Assembly: GCF_963676685.1 (NCBI RefSeq)
Contig: NC_092349.1
Location: 21,948,001-22,012,000, forward strand
Direction of reading: 5' to 3'
From: Mytilus edulis
Taxonomy: Eukaryota
Length of the DNA: 64,000 nucleotides
This document shows, in pieces, positions 13,359 to 25,754 of this stretch (position 1 is its first letter; each line of letters begins with the position of its first letter). The translations under genes were made by a program, and so were the position numbers. The notes below the pieces were generated by a model. The model saw only the letters and a program-made list of their open reading frames with translations, searched no databases and had not been told where the DNA came from.

Positions 13359-14100
13359 TGACTGATGAGTCTTAAGAAGTCGAAACACGCGTGTGGTGTA
13401 CTAAATTACAAGTCTGGTAGCTTTAATAACTATTAGCATGTGAAAATATACTATGGTATTGTTTATTTGTGTATTTCTCTGTACTGAATAATCTTGCATT
13501 TTTTTTTTTTTTGTACTGTAGTCCTGTCATGTACTTCTGTCATTTTAGTGTTATATCTAACAAAGCAATAAAAGTGCCAGGTTTGGCTAGCCACAAAACC
13601 AGGTTCAACCCTCATTTTGTTTCTTAAATGTCCTACACCAAGTCAGGAAAATGGCAGTTGTTATCTTATAGTTCGTTTCTGTGTGTTTTTACATTGTCTA
13701 TTGTTTTTGCTGCAATTCAGGGTTCTGTTGATTCGTTGATTTCCTTGGTTTTGGTTTTTAATTTAGATTTATTTTCTCTCAATCGATTTATGACTTTCGA
13801 ACAGCGGTATACTACTGTTGCCTGTATTTAAAACTAAGAATGAGACACATACATGTAGTAGTAAATCAATTCGTAATGGTGATTAATAGCTTATGAATTA
13901 TCAATGTAAGTCCTCTAAACTCTGAAACGAGTATGTTACGTTTATAAATTTTGAAATTATTATGAAACTAAGGTTTCAACTCCCTCAGGCAAAGTTGGCT
14001 TTAGATGAATTTGGCTATTTATTTTAGGTATTTTTGACATATAGCTCTTCAACGATTTTCGGTACTTATACATCTTCGGATTTCAAATGTTTGGCTTTGA

Positions 14101-14142
14101 GCGTTCCTGATGAAGGTAAATCCAGAAAAGCGCTTCGGACGC
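14101..14142 (+). ncRNA. Variant type I hammerhead ribozyme (third family)
   Basis: Stem I GCGTTC/GGACGC; CTGATGA; very weak stem II (AGGTAAATCCA); GAAA; palindrome AGCGCT; TTC cleavage triplet. Confidence 0.7.
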
Positions 14143-16135
14143 ATTAAATTATTAAACGTGCTGTTTTCTATTTTGTGCAGATTTGTGTTGGGAGCAAAAG
14201 ACGGTAAACAAATGCTATATAGTGTATCATACACGGACATGACATAAGGAACTAGTATACGCTGAGATGTACAAACATAATCCTGCTAAGCAATGGTTTT
14301 CACTACTATGAAATGTAAAGTTGGCAATCGGAAAGATTGATTTATCACATTTGTCAAACATTATTATTTAAAGTCGTCCATCTATGTCATTATAAAGAAA
14401 AAAAAAGAAAAACAAAAATAAAATAATCATGGATTACAAAGATCACAATTTTATACGCCAGACGTGCATTTCGTCTTCAAAAAGTTCATAAAGGATGCTA
14501 GAATGACGTAAAAAATAAAGTATGAAGCAGACCATATAGTTTTCGAAACAGTTATTATATGAGGGGATGGTGTGTCAGAATAAGATCCCCACACTGGTCA
14601 AAGACTGATCATACACCAAGGCTACGTACATTGACCTATAATGGTTTACTTTTTTAAAATTGTTATTTTGATTGAGAGTTGTCTCATTGGCACTCACACC
14701 ACATATTCTTATATCCATTGACACAATAATGTCGAGTAGGATAACTATTTTACAGCCAAAGCTCTAGATCTTCTATACTAAATTCAAACTTTTTAAAAAG
14801 CTTTATAACATCTGTTTTAGAATTCCATACAATGATCAAATATACTTTATACATTATTTAATAGAGTATACACACTTTAATAATCCTAGATACAATGTTT
14901 GAAAATGTTAAAGTTACAGTGAGTTTGTATCCAATCGTCCTGTTGAAAAGTGGGTTCAAACGTTGGAGGTCTTGATTTTGATTCCCGCAGAAATATTTCC
15001 ATGTTTTATTGTGTGTTCGACATTTCCGCTTAAATTTTACAGAACAAATCAAAACATGCAGAACAAAGAAACTTGGGGAAGGGGAGACCAGACTCCGATC
15101 ACCCTTGAAAGAACAAAGTAGTTGGAACGTAATTGTTTTCTCAGTTTCGAAAAAATGATGTTCTTTCAAGATTTTCAGATACCCTTATTTGATACCTGAC
15201 CGCATCCTTTTTAAAATACAATTAAGCACTTAAAAATAATTCGACTTATGGCGGTTTCTAATAACAGAGGTACAATCTAAATTGATAAGAAAAAGAAAAC
15301 CAATTCATTAACACATAAAGACGGAAAAACACGCACGGCATAAAAAAAATGGGGTGATATCTCTCGGTTTATCAAAAACGCTGTCCTGATGTTTCACCAC
15401 GTCTGACATCCATGTTTGTGTCGTGGTTAGTATAATTAAGGTTATGTCACAATCGAGGAAAAGAGGATTGAGTTACAATAATTTGAAGATATCCATCCTC
15501 ATCCGAGTCTCACATCTTTAAAAAAAAAAAAAAAGGCAATTAAACCCTCCTTGTGTCCTTAAATGTTTTCAGGAATGACTTTAAGTTAACCAACATAAGT
15601 TCCTGGTTCAATATTTTTCTTGTGATCAGCAGTCTTTTGCACATGAAATCATGATAGCAAAATTAACTCAATGAAATCTTGTATCAAATTCCATACGCAA
15701 TATTAGACATGCAGGTCGTTCTTAGTATTTTTAATTGTATTCGATTTGAATCGTCCTATTTTAATTTTTTCAAAGCTTATGCATTATAACTAACTTGTAA
15801 AAAGTAGAAATTTTATAAGTAATGAAGATGATTTGATTTCCGCTAATATGCGTGAACATTGACAAGGTTTTATCAGTTTTAGACCATGTTAAGTTAAGGT
15901 TTCTTGTACTACGTAAGAAAAAACGTATAAAATAATATATATCGTCCTCACAAATCCTGTGATCAAATTATCAAATGATGGAATACCATAACAAGTCCTC
16001 AAGCGACTGAGTTAAATTAATCAGTTTATTCATTATGCTCCTTAAATAGAAATACCACATATCCTGGACTTATGTCCGACCAATGAAAAATAACGTTGAT
16101 AGTTATATCCTTTTCCGTCTTATCTTATGTTACAC

Positions 16136-16219
16136 TATATAACAGTTTACAAGAAAAAAACTATTATAATTGTAGACGAATATCGTTTAATTTTATTATA
16201 CATTACTCAAACAAGACAG
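16136..16219 (+). promoter_or_regulatory. TATA box and putative non-coding exon 1 of paralog 2
   Basis: TATATAA at 16136-16142, preceded by TTATC (GATA-like) motifs; strong donor ACAG|GTAAGT at 16219/16220; acceptor TTGCAG| at 16894 before the ATG. Confidence 0.6.
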
Positions 16220-16454
16220 GTAAGTTTTTATCACCTTATAACTATGTTTTAGCGTTCCGATGACTGCAATTGTAGAGTTTATTCACTTTTAACTGTTTAC
16301 TGTTTACTATAAACTGTTCAATTTTTTTTCAATACTTAGGCTTTTTCTACCTAAGGAATAGATTACCTTAGCTGTATTTGACTTAACTTTTAGGAATGTT
16401 CGTCCTCAATGCTCTTCAACTTCGTACTTTATTTGTCCTCTTTTTTGGATTCGA

Positions 16455-16498
16455 ACGTCACTGATGAGTCTTTTGTAGACGAAACGCGCTTCTGGCGT
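16455..16498 (+). ncRNA. Hammerhead ribozyme (second family), near-intact, in putative intron 1 of paralog 2
   Basis: ACGTCA-CTGATGA-GTCTtttgtAGAC-GAAA-CGCGCT-TC-TGGCGT; core intact, one substitution in the CGCGCG stem III palindrome. Confidence 0.75.
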
Positions 16499-16906
16499 AG
16501 AAACAAAATTTAATCCTGGTATTCATGATAAGTTTATTTACCTGTTTTACACGAAATTACATAAAATTCATCTGTTTATGTATATTTAGACTTTTAAAGT
16601 AGTACGCCAGAAGCGTGTTTCATTGACTAACGACTCTTTAAAAGCGTAAATGAAGGCAAATGGAACAAGTTCGAATTAGACCATAGAACAGTTGTGCAAA
16701 AGTTGTCGTTAATGTCAGTCAATGTGTTTTATATGTGTAGGTAATATGTATATTTAGAGCTAAAAAAACAAAGACGGTGAAAATGTTAATATACATTTAT
16801 TTTCCATTTGATAAATTTCCGAACAAAAGCTTTGATATTGATGAACTGAAAAGTTCTTTGCTTTTATTTTACATTAATGCAATCTATCTTGCAGGACTAC
16901 TGCACA

Positions 16907-17954
16907 ATGAGAGCCTTCTGTGTCTTTTGCATCGTATTGATCTGTTTGTCAGGTAAGCTCATATCATTATCACAAAAACAATTGAAAGATATGAATGTTA
17001 ATAGATATTGCAGTTTTTCTACTATTAAAACCACGATTAAAATGTCAATGAACTCCATTTTTTGTATGGTTGCCAACGAACAAGTGTCCATGACAGAAAA
17101 ATATATCAATATCAATTGGTTGTTTAACTGAAATACTGAGATAATCATCAGACTTCCAAAAGAAATTGCATTTAAATAGCTGCATTAACTACTGTTACTG
17201 AAAACTCTTCAAGTAAGTACGAAGAGCGATGGCACACTATGGCAGGATTGCTTGATACGAACTCAAACTGGTACTTTTGTACTATTACAAGAATAATAAC
17301 CAACACAAGCTTTCAAATTTTACTCATTAAAGCCGTTAACCAACCCTTTCCGTTTTTTTTTTTATATTCAAATAAAACAAAACATTAGATGTTAACGATA
17401 TTGGCTGCTCCTGTTTTTTTTTCAGGTTTTTTTTTTTTTTTCGTTTTTTTTTTCTTCATAAGTTCCGTTCCTTATAAACTATCAATTTATAACAATCTTT
17501 TAAAAAGCTTGCTGTTCAAAAATCAGTAAAGCGAACGTCCTTCATACTGATAATATGTTCTTAAATACTGCATTTAGATACAAGCCACAAGACACATGAT
17601 ACATAATCATCAATGACAAAGCGACTTAGCATGATAACAACCCCAACCCCAACATATTATAGGAAACTCACATTCTAATTATATATATATATATATATAT
17701 ATATTGTATTATTCGATTCACCTTTTATATGAAAATCAAAATCGTAACCCGACTATTTAACTGATTATCTAATGTATAAGGAACAATATGTTATAGGTTT
17801 GGATCATACTGATGCTGCTGTTAAGTGCTTCAGTAGTTACTGTAAAAACAATGATGGTTGCAGACAGGGATGTCTCGACCATGGATGTGGCTCCAAACAT
17901 TTCTGTTCTATCAACGAAAAGAAATGTTGCTGTGATGGTTGTATGTCAGAATAA
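16907..17954 (+). CDS. Secreted 10-Cys peptide, paralog 2 (67 aa precursor)
   Basis: Exons 16907-16952 (G|gtaagc) and 17797-17954 (ttatag|). MRAFCVFCIVLICLSGLDHTDA-AVKCFSSYCKNNDGCRQGCLDHGCGSKHFCSINEKKCCCDGCMSE*. AATAAA at ~18030. Confidence 0.93.
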
Positions 17955-19884
17955 CAACAGGAAAATTTCAAATCAGAGAACGTGTTTATTTATGCATATT
18001 GAATCTGTTATATTAATCTACGATCTAATAATAAACATGATTAAATGATTCTAGCATTTTTATTTGTCGATGGATTCACGAATTAGAGTGTTGTTACTTA
18101 ACTATTATTTATCACACTTATTGAACATGATTTTTAACAGGACTGCTTTTGGTTTATTTCGTCATGCTTTTTGTTTATTTCTTCGCGCATTTGGTTTATT
18201 TGATCATAAATGCCTCGCATAAACAAATAAATGTGACCGATGTTCGGAAAAGCGTTTAGTTGTTTTCAAGAGATGACCATACGCACACATTTGATACATG
18301 AATTTTTCAATTCTTCAGATGTTTTGGATGATTTGTTTCATTAAACATTTAAGGAGAGGTCGGCTCTGCATTATTTATTCACAAAACATGTTGAATTGGT
18401 TTGGAAAAGGCATGTTAGATAAACTAAAAACCTACCAATATTCCAGTAACTAAGTTCAAAGGTTACGAATAGTGTTAAATGTGTAAATGGATGTTGTTGT
18501 CTCCTTGATATATTCCCCATTTGTAATTTTATGATTTGGGATATAACTGAAAGCTATTGAGTACAATACAATGCATGCCTTAGAACTTAATTCTATACAA
18601 GTTATTTGGTACATTAAGTGGGTTTTTTTATACAATCTATACCAGTTACAATAACGACCCATATGAGTAAATACATATCTTAACTCAAAATGTTAACGGA
18701 GTGATTCGTGCGTAACTGCAAGTTATATGTCTTGTTCACTAAATCGTTAGGCTGGTGTTCTAGTGTAGACGTTTCAATCTGTTTTGTAACCTTAAGACAC
18801 GGGTTTATCATCCAGCTAGAAAAGAAGAAATCAAAAGGCATTGACACTGCAAGTAACTGTACACATTTTCATAAACATTTTAGATCATTCAAAACAAGGT
18901 TTCTACTATAGTAATCAAAGGTAAAATAAAACAAAAATACCGAGCTCCGAATAAAATTAAAAACGAAAAGTCCCTAATGAAAATACCATTACATTGACGA
19001 CGATATATGAACTAAGCAAACAGATTGAATCGGTAGAAATGTCAAAAATAGGGGAACAGAAGTCAACATTGTGTAATATTTTCTTAATCACTGTAAAAAC
19101 ACAATTATGTCAACAAATAAAATCAAAAAGGCATATCGATAAAGCACTTTAGGCGAGAATAAAAAAAAACATTGCCATAGCACAATAACACAAAGACAGG
19201 ATATAAACTTAGCGAGCACCGTGAAATGGATATAATCCAAACTAAAATTAATTTATAAAAGACAAATTATGGAATAATAAATAGATATTAGTAGATGTGA
19301 TATGAGTGGTAATTAGACAACCTCAATTCATTCACATTTTGTAAAAGTAAACCATTGTATGTCTATGTACGATCTTCATCACGGAGCCTGCGCTCAGACC
19401 AAAAACCAAGCGATAACAGGCCCCAAAAATGACTAGTGTTAAACCATTTAAACTGGAAAACGAACAATAAATTGTATGTTAAAACAAGAAACAATATGAA
19501 CCAAATTAATAAACTACAACCACTGAACAACATATATAATTAATGTATTTGAGAGGAAAATTAACTTTTTCCGATGCTTCTGTCGTGTAAGGAAAATATA
19601 AAGTAATTATATTCCCTCCAGAATATGGATTGAAAGCTTGGTTTTACTTCTTAATCTTGCTATTACTTGACTTGGCACCAGTGTGTCCTACCACTGGAAA
19701 GGTAACCTGTTCAAACATTTGGTCAATAGTCGGTGATATAAAAATCGTCTTTCAAACTGGCTTTACTCAATTAATACACTGAGCGAATACATTTGATCTA
19801 TGACACATTGTTAACACACAACCAATTAAAAAGAGGTGAGATGTTAACCAACATCAGAAATGCAACTATAACCTTGGATTTTAA

Positions 19885-20135
19885 CTATTTACCTGATTTG
19901 TTATAACATGAGCAACACGACGGGTGCCACATGTAGTGCAGGATCTGCTTACCTTTCCGGAGCACTTGAGATCACCCTCAGATTTTGGACGGGTCCATGT
20001 TGCTTATTCTTTAGTTTTATAGTTCGGCATGTGTACTTTTGTTTGTCGGTTTGTCTTTTTCATTTTAACCATGCCGTTGTCAGTTTATTTTCGATTATTC
20101 AGTTTGACTGTCCCTCTTGTATCTTCCGTCCCTCC
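19885..20135 (+). repeat. 3' region of a Penelope-like element (dispersed copy)
   Basis: AGCAACACGACGGGTGCCACATGT...GAGATCACCC... matches the sequence downstream of the RT fragment at 29290-29580 (minus) and the copy at 28010-28150. Confidence 0.75.
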
Positions 20136-20326
20136 TTGGACAAAATGCCATTAAACAAAATATTAACATACACAGGTAAATAGAAATAACTCTGTTGTAA
20201 AGAATAATTGTAGTATGAATATATTGTTTTTAAAAAATGATCCATTTGTTGTCCATATTACGAAAATAGAAGTGAAATTTTATCGACCTACTAAATACTT
20301 TTCAAAGGTGGTATATTTAAAAACAA

Positions 20327-21655
20327 CTAGAACACACCCACGAAATCGCGGTCATTCAGAGCGTAGTTTAAAGTATGTAAAGTGTTGTTGGGAGAATTTT
20401 ATAAAATATTGAATGACTGGCGAATTTCAGCAAAAGTATCATAAGTCATAGGTCATTATTTCCAAAATTCCCAATTTTTGGTTTTCTATCAATTTCAATA
20501 TGAACATACATTTAGTATGTTATGAACATTTAAGTAAGGATCCTGTAATTCAGTGGTTGTCGTTTGTTTATGTGTTACATATTCGTTTTTCGTTCATTTT
20601 TTGTGCATAAATAAGGCCGCTTGTTTTCTGGTTTGAATTGTTTTACATTGTCAGTTCGGGGCCTTTTAAAGCTGAGTATGGGGTATGGGCTTTGCTCGTT
20701 GTTGAAGGTCGTACGGTGACCTATAGTTGTTATTTTCTGTGTCATATTGGTCTCTTGTGAAGAGTTGTCTCAACATGGCAATCATACCACATCTTCTTTT
20801 TTTTTGTAATCAATGAATTTTGTAAAAGATTTAATGACTGGAGAATTTTAGAAAAGGTATCAAAAGTTCACATGAATATTTTTAGCGCTTATCTAGAGTT
20901 GTCTCAACCGTGATGGCAATCATACCACATCTTCTTTTTTTTTGTAATCAATGAATTTTGTAAAAGATTTAATGACTGGAGAATTTTAGAAAAGGTATCA
21001 AAAGTTCACATGAATATTTTTAGCGCTTATCTGTATATTATGAACATTCACTGGAGAATTTTAGAAAAGGTATCAAAAGTTCACATGAATATTTTTAGCG
21101 CTTATCTGTATATTATGAACATTCATTACAGTAACTATATAAATATAGTGTATTTACTTTCAATTCGAAGTTTACTAATCGATTCATGGTGGTCATTGGT
21201 ATAGTATACACACGTGAGTATACAGACTCTCTCTATTTAATAAACTCTGTGACCGCCGTAGATAGTAAATTCTAAGTTTACTAATCGATCCATGGTGGTC
21301 ATTGATAGGGTATACAGACTCTCTCTATTTAATAAACTATGTGACCGCCGTAGATAGTAAACTTCAAAATGATAGCAAATAGAATTCTGAAAATACATAT
21401 GTATGTTCAAAGTATACAGAAAAACGCAAACCGGAAGTCTAATCTGACTTAAAATTTCGTCCAATGACGGGACAATATCCGGATGCCTTTTTTCTCGTTT
21501 TTCTCCCAAAATAACTCAATCTGAATAATCATATGAATGGATGACAAATGCGACTATGCACTGTACCTATAGGACACAGAGGCGTGTTGATTAATTTATT
21601 GTGGAAAGAAGAGAAGCGACACCCAAAATGAGGTCTTCTCGTTTAATAGTATAGA
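20327..21655 (-). mobile_element. Non-autonomous Helitron
   Basis: Minus-strand 5' end TCTATACTATTAAA (from 21655); 3' end hairpin CCGCGATTTCGTGG followed by GTGTGTTCTAG (to 20327); sits between A and T with no TSD; internal short tandem duplications and a nested dispersed repeat at ~20540-20800. Confidence 0.8.
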
Positions 21656-21794
21656 TGCGACGAAATATAACACACAATAACAAAGCAGTAAATAACAAAA
21701 ATGCATAACCAAGAGTATCAACAGGTCAAACCATTTGAGAGTATCCGCAGTTAATGAAAGCTTGTTAAAAGCCAAAAACAATCAATAATAAAAT

Positions 21795-22410
21795 CCTCAT
21801 TGTCAATTTCTAGATGTAAGTCAAGATATGAGGCCGACTTAATTGTATATGTTGTATCCTTTATCTCTAGTTAAATGGGATAGATGCATTCGACATAGTC
21901 ACCACATTTTAAATTATTAAGTGAAAGAACATCATCTATATAGCGGAAATTAGAGGTAAATGATATTGCTAACTTCTTAAATTTCTTCCTAAGAAGTTCC
22001 TGTATGAAGTCATCCTCATAATAATAAAGAAACAAGTCGGCAAGAAGAGGGGCACAATTCGTTCCCATTGGAATGCCGATAGTCTGTTGAAAATAGTTAT
22101 CAAAAGTACCAGGATTATAATTTAGTACGCCAGACGCGCGTTTCGTCTACATTAGACTCATCAATGACGCTCATATCAAAATAGTTATAGAGCCAAACAA
22201 TACAAAGTTGAAGAGCATAGAGGATCCAAAATTCCAAAAAGTTGTGCCAAATACGGCTAAGATAATCTATTCCTGGGACAAGAAAATCCTTAGTTTTTCG
22301 AAAAATTCAAAGTTTTGTATCAGGAAATGTATAAAAATTATCACATAATTGATATTCATGTCAACATGTCATGACAAACACGTCCTCTGAACGTAACAAA
22401 TATAACGTAC
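21795..22410 (-). mobile_element. Penelope-like RT fragment split by a hammerhead-repeat insertion (~22093-22375)
   Basis: GIPMGTNCAPLLADLFLYYYE...FRYIDDVLSLNN; upstream RT sequence (IFVTF.GRV) resumes at ~22376. The insert has minus-strand GCGTCA-TTGATGA-GTCTaatgtAGAC-GAAA-CGCGCG-TC-TGGCGT (core C to T). Confidence 0.88.
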
Positions 22411-23244
22411 GTTTGCTATTAATAAAGTATCTTTATATATAAAGATGAACGCGGATGTTTATTACATCCAAAAGAAAACAAAATTAGTTATGAAGACAAA
22501 ATCGATTTTTGTGACAATGTAAATAATATTCAAAAATTTAATTGAAATATTGATGAGATCGCTTAGTATAATACGTTTGTTAAAGGTTCCGTGAGTTAAC
22601 ATGGATCACATAAGTTATGCGTTTAGTGCAATATTACCGTAAAATTTAGGATGTTAAATACAGTTTTTAAATAAAAATTTCTACAGCCACATTTAACAAT
22701 CAAATATGTGTATCTATAAAAGAATGAATCAAATGATTTTAAAGAAAAATTTAAATGAACTGCGAGTCTGGTGCAAATACAAAATTGTAATCCTGGTTTC
22801 TATAATGAGTGTATTTACAATTTTGAAATAGACATCATCAGGGATATGAAGTATAAATTGAACTTGTTATGTATTAACTAACAGTACCTTACATGCCTTA
22901 TTGTCGATTTGCTTGGGAAAGTGCACGGTGACCTATGATGTTTTTTAATTTTTGAACATTTATCAGTACTTTTGACCGACCTTTCGCCGCTTCATATCAA
23001 AATATGTAAATATACAACACTTTCTATTATAAAATAACTGGAACTGAGTTATCTCACACAAATATTGTGTTTTTAAAGAAAATACAGAGGTGAATAAAAT
23101 AAAACACATAATTCTTTTATGTTTAGATTAAAAGTCTTCCACATGAATTAAAAAATACTCTCCAAACTTGCACATTTCATTCAAGATCTACACCAACTTC
23201 AAAATTCAATATGGTGGTAGTCACCCGATCCATCTTATGGAGGC

Positions 23245-23520
23245 ATACATAATGAAATGACAATATTAGAGACATGCATAAGGAAATGACATTATAGATG
23301 GAACATGAACGAAGAAATAACAATATTAAAGAGAAATGCAACGGAAAATGACAATATTTGTGAGAAATGCCAAAGAAAATGACAATATAAAAGAGACCTG
23401 TAAAAGGCAATGACAATATTAAAATAATATCCTGAAGGAAATAACAATATTGAAGAGACATGCAGAGAGAAAATAACAATATTGAAGAGAAAAGCAAAAG
23501 GAAATGCCACAATATCAGCA
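23245..23520 (+). repeat. Degenerate ~31-33 bp tandem repeat upstream of paralog 3
   Basis: Recurring AAATGACAATATT(G)AAGAGA.ATGCA motif, related to the 32-bp satellite at 31.2 kb. Confidence 0.8.
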
Positions 23521-23673
23521 AATTATAATAATTCAAAATGTTTTGACACCTTTGTTTATTATTTAAATACTTAGAACTAACCGCTTACCTACCTGGAAAA
23601 TTGACCCCTCCCTAAAGGAGATCATGTTACAATCCCTGTATCCTTTATCCTTTTTCCGCTACACTTTATTTAC

Positions 23674-23732
23674 TATATATAGACCATCAGATGCTACTCG
23701 TTTGTATCAACAACTTTGTTATAAAGATACAA
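23674..23732 (+). promoter_or_regulatory. TATA box and putative non-coding exon 1 of paralog 3
   Basis: TATATATA 23674-23681; donor |GTATGT at 23733; the block is conserved upstream of paralogs 4 and 5. Confidence 0.6.
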
Positions 23733-23972
23733 GTATGTTAAATGAACTTCAACTATGAAAACATGAATATCATTACATACAACTTATAGTTTTTGTCCAT
23801 CTGAATCATCTTTTCTTGATGAACTTTCTTGGTGACACAATTGTTAGGGGTCGAATTTACCTTTCGATTTAAGACAGTTGAGAATGAGTTGAATGAGTTT
23901 CCATTAACATATTCATTACAATTTGTGTTTGTTTCATCTTATTTTATTTTACAGGACTACCTTTACTGCATT

Positions 23973-25754
23973 ATGAAAGCCTATATTGGTGTTTGTTTCA
24001 TCTTATTCTGTATGACAGGTAAGTTAATTTAGCCGTACTGACAACCGTAAATGATTGTAAATATCTGAATTATTCGATATACTTGTTTTATCTTATGCAT
24101 AGATTACCTCACCCGTATTTGACACACTTTTGGAACTATGGGCCCTTAATGCTCTTCAGCTTTACACTTGTTTCGCTTTCTATCCATTTTGATATGAGCG
24201 TCAATGATGTAGACGAAACGCTCGTCTGGCCTATTTGATTACCCTTTGAAATAAAATGAATCAGAAATTCAGGATTCTAATTCATTAAATATTAAGTCAA
24301 ATTTTAAAAACGTAGCCATGTTTCATATCTTAAATGTTGTTTCCTTCGAAAACAAAACCTATTCTAACCACCTGCGTCTTCAATGGGCCTCAGGGTATAT
24401 AGATGATGTCCTCAGAGACAACAATACAAGATGGTCTGTTTATACCCGTCCGTATTGTTAGTGCTCTAGTATATGTATCATAGGCTTTTAAAATATACAC
24501 AAGACAAACTCAAGTCCAATGTTAGTAATACCTACAATTCGTTATTTGAAACACGACATGTGGTATGAAATATGTAGGAATTGTGTTGTAAATCATTTAA
24601 ATGTATGAACATCATTGTAACATTTCTAGAAGTACATTTTTGTCTGATTAAGAATTCATTTTCGAATGTTGATAAATCTGATCAGGGTAGCATGCTCTTC
24701 TTCTTCGCCTCTCTTTTCGAACCTGTTCAATTCATAACTAGGTCCAATGCTTTACATTTATTTCTATTTTCATTGCTTCGCAAAATTTGAAACATAGGAG
24801 ATAAGGCTAGTAGGCTCTATTGCAGATATTTATTTTGGGTTTGAGAACGAGATTTGCTTGATACATAGTACTTGATAGTGTTTATCTAAAATGCGACAAA
24901 ACGTACAGCTTAACCCCACAGTACGCTTTCGAATGGATATGCTTGACATGGACACGTTTGCGTTATTCATATATTACAGTATTGCGATGTGTTGTAGTTC
25001 TCAATGAATCATATATACATTAGAAACAAAGAGTCATAAAAATAGTAACCAAATCCATACTGTAAATTACGAAACATTTGATGCAGATGATTTAACTAGC
25101 ATTAATTAGTCAAGCACCCAATAACCTCATAGAGTATAAATACTAATGGTTGCTGAAATAATAAGTCTTGATCGTCAATAACATTCAACGGTACAAACTT
25201 ACAATGCAGTAACTTATGTAGGTTTCGATAAACAATATTTTGTCAGAGACTCGAGATGTTTATTTGAAATTTGATTATACAATAAACATCAAAGAGCTGA
25301 TACATTGATTAGGAACACAAATATAGTCAAACTTTGAACATGATTCATACCTGAAGGCTATACACTCTTTAGTGTCAAACATTTTAATAAATGAAATTCC
25401 ATATGATAGTAGTTCTATCTAATTCTATGACAGTAAACATAACATAGCAACTTGTGATTCCAACAGAAAGATTTAACATAATTTTGAGTTTACCAAATAT
25501 ATTGATGCAAGTATTTACATTGTGTTACTATAAATAACATTTTTTTTTTCGTTACCTGATACGTTCAAGATTGTTTTAAAAATTGTCTTATAGGATTGGA
25601 GAATACTGACGCTGCAAAAAAGTGTTTTAGTAGTGTTGACTGTGGATTCGCCATTGAAGGTTGCAGACCAGACTGTGTTAAGAAATTGTGTGTCGGTAAA
25701 GCCGAGTGCGTCGGAAATATTGAATGCTGTTGTCATGGTTGTATACTGGGATAA
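23973..25754 (+). CDS. Secreted 10-Cys peptide, paralog 3 (68 aa precursor)
   Basis: Exons 23973-24018 (G|gtaagt) and 25594-25754 (ttatag|). MKAYIGVCFILFCMTGLENTDA-AKKCFSSVDCGFAIEGCRPDCVKKLCVGKAECVGNIECCCHGCILG*. AATAAA at ~25805. Confidence 0.93.

Noticed and set aside
17772-17954. Single-exon ORF-track versions of the Cys peptides (also 35267 and 41478)
   Set aside because: Their N-termini are intron sequence; conserved AG acceptors and upstream signal-peptide exons give the real structure.
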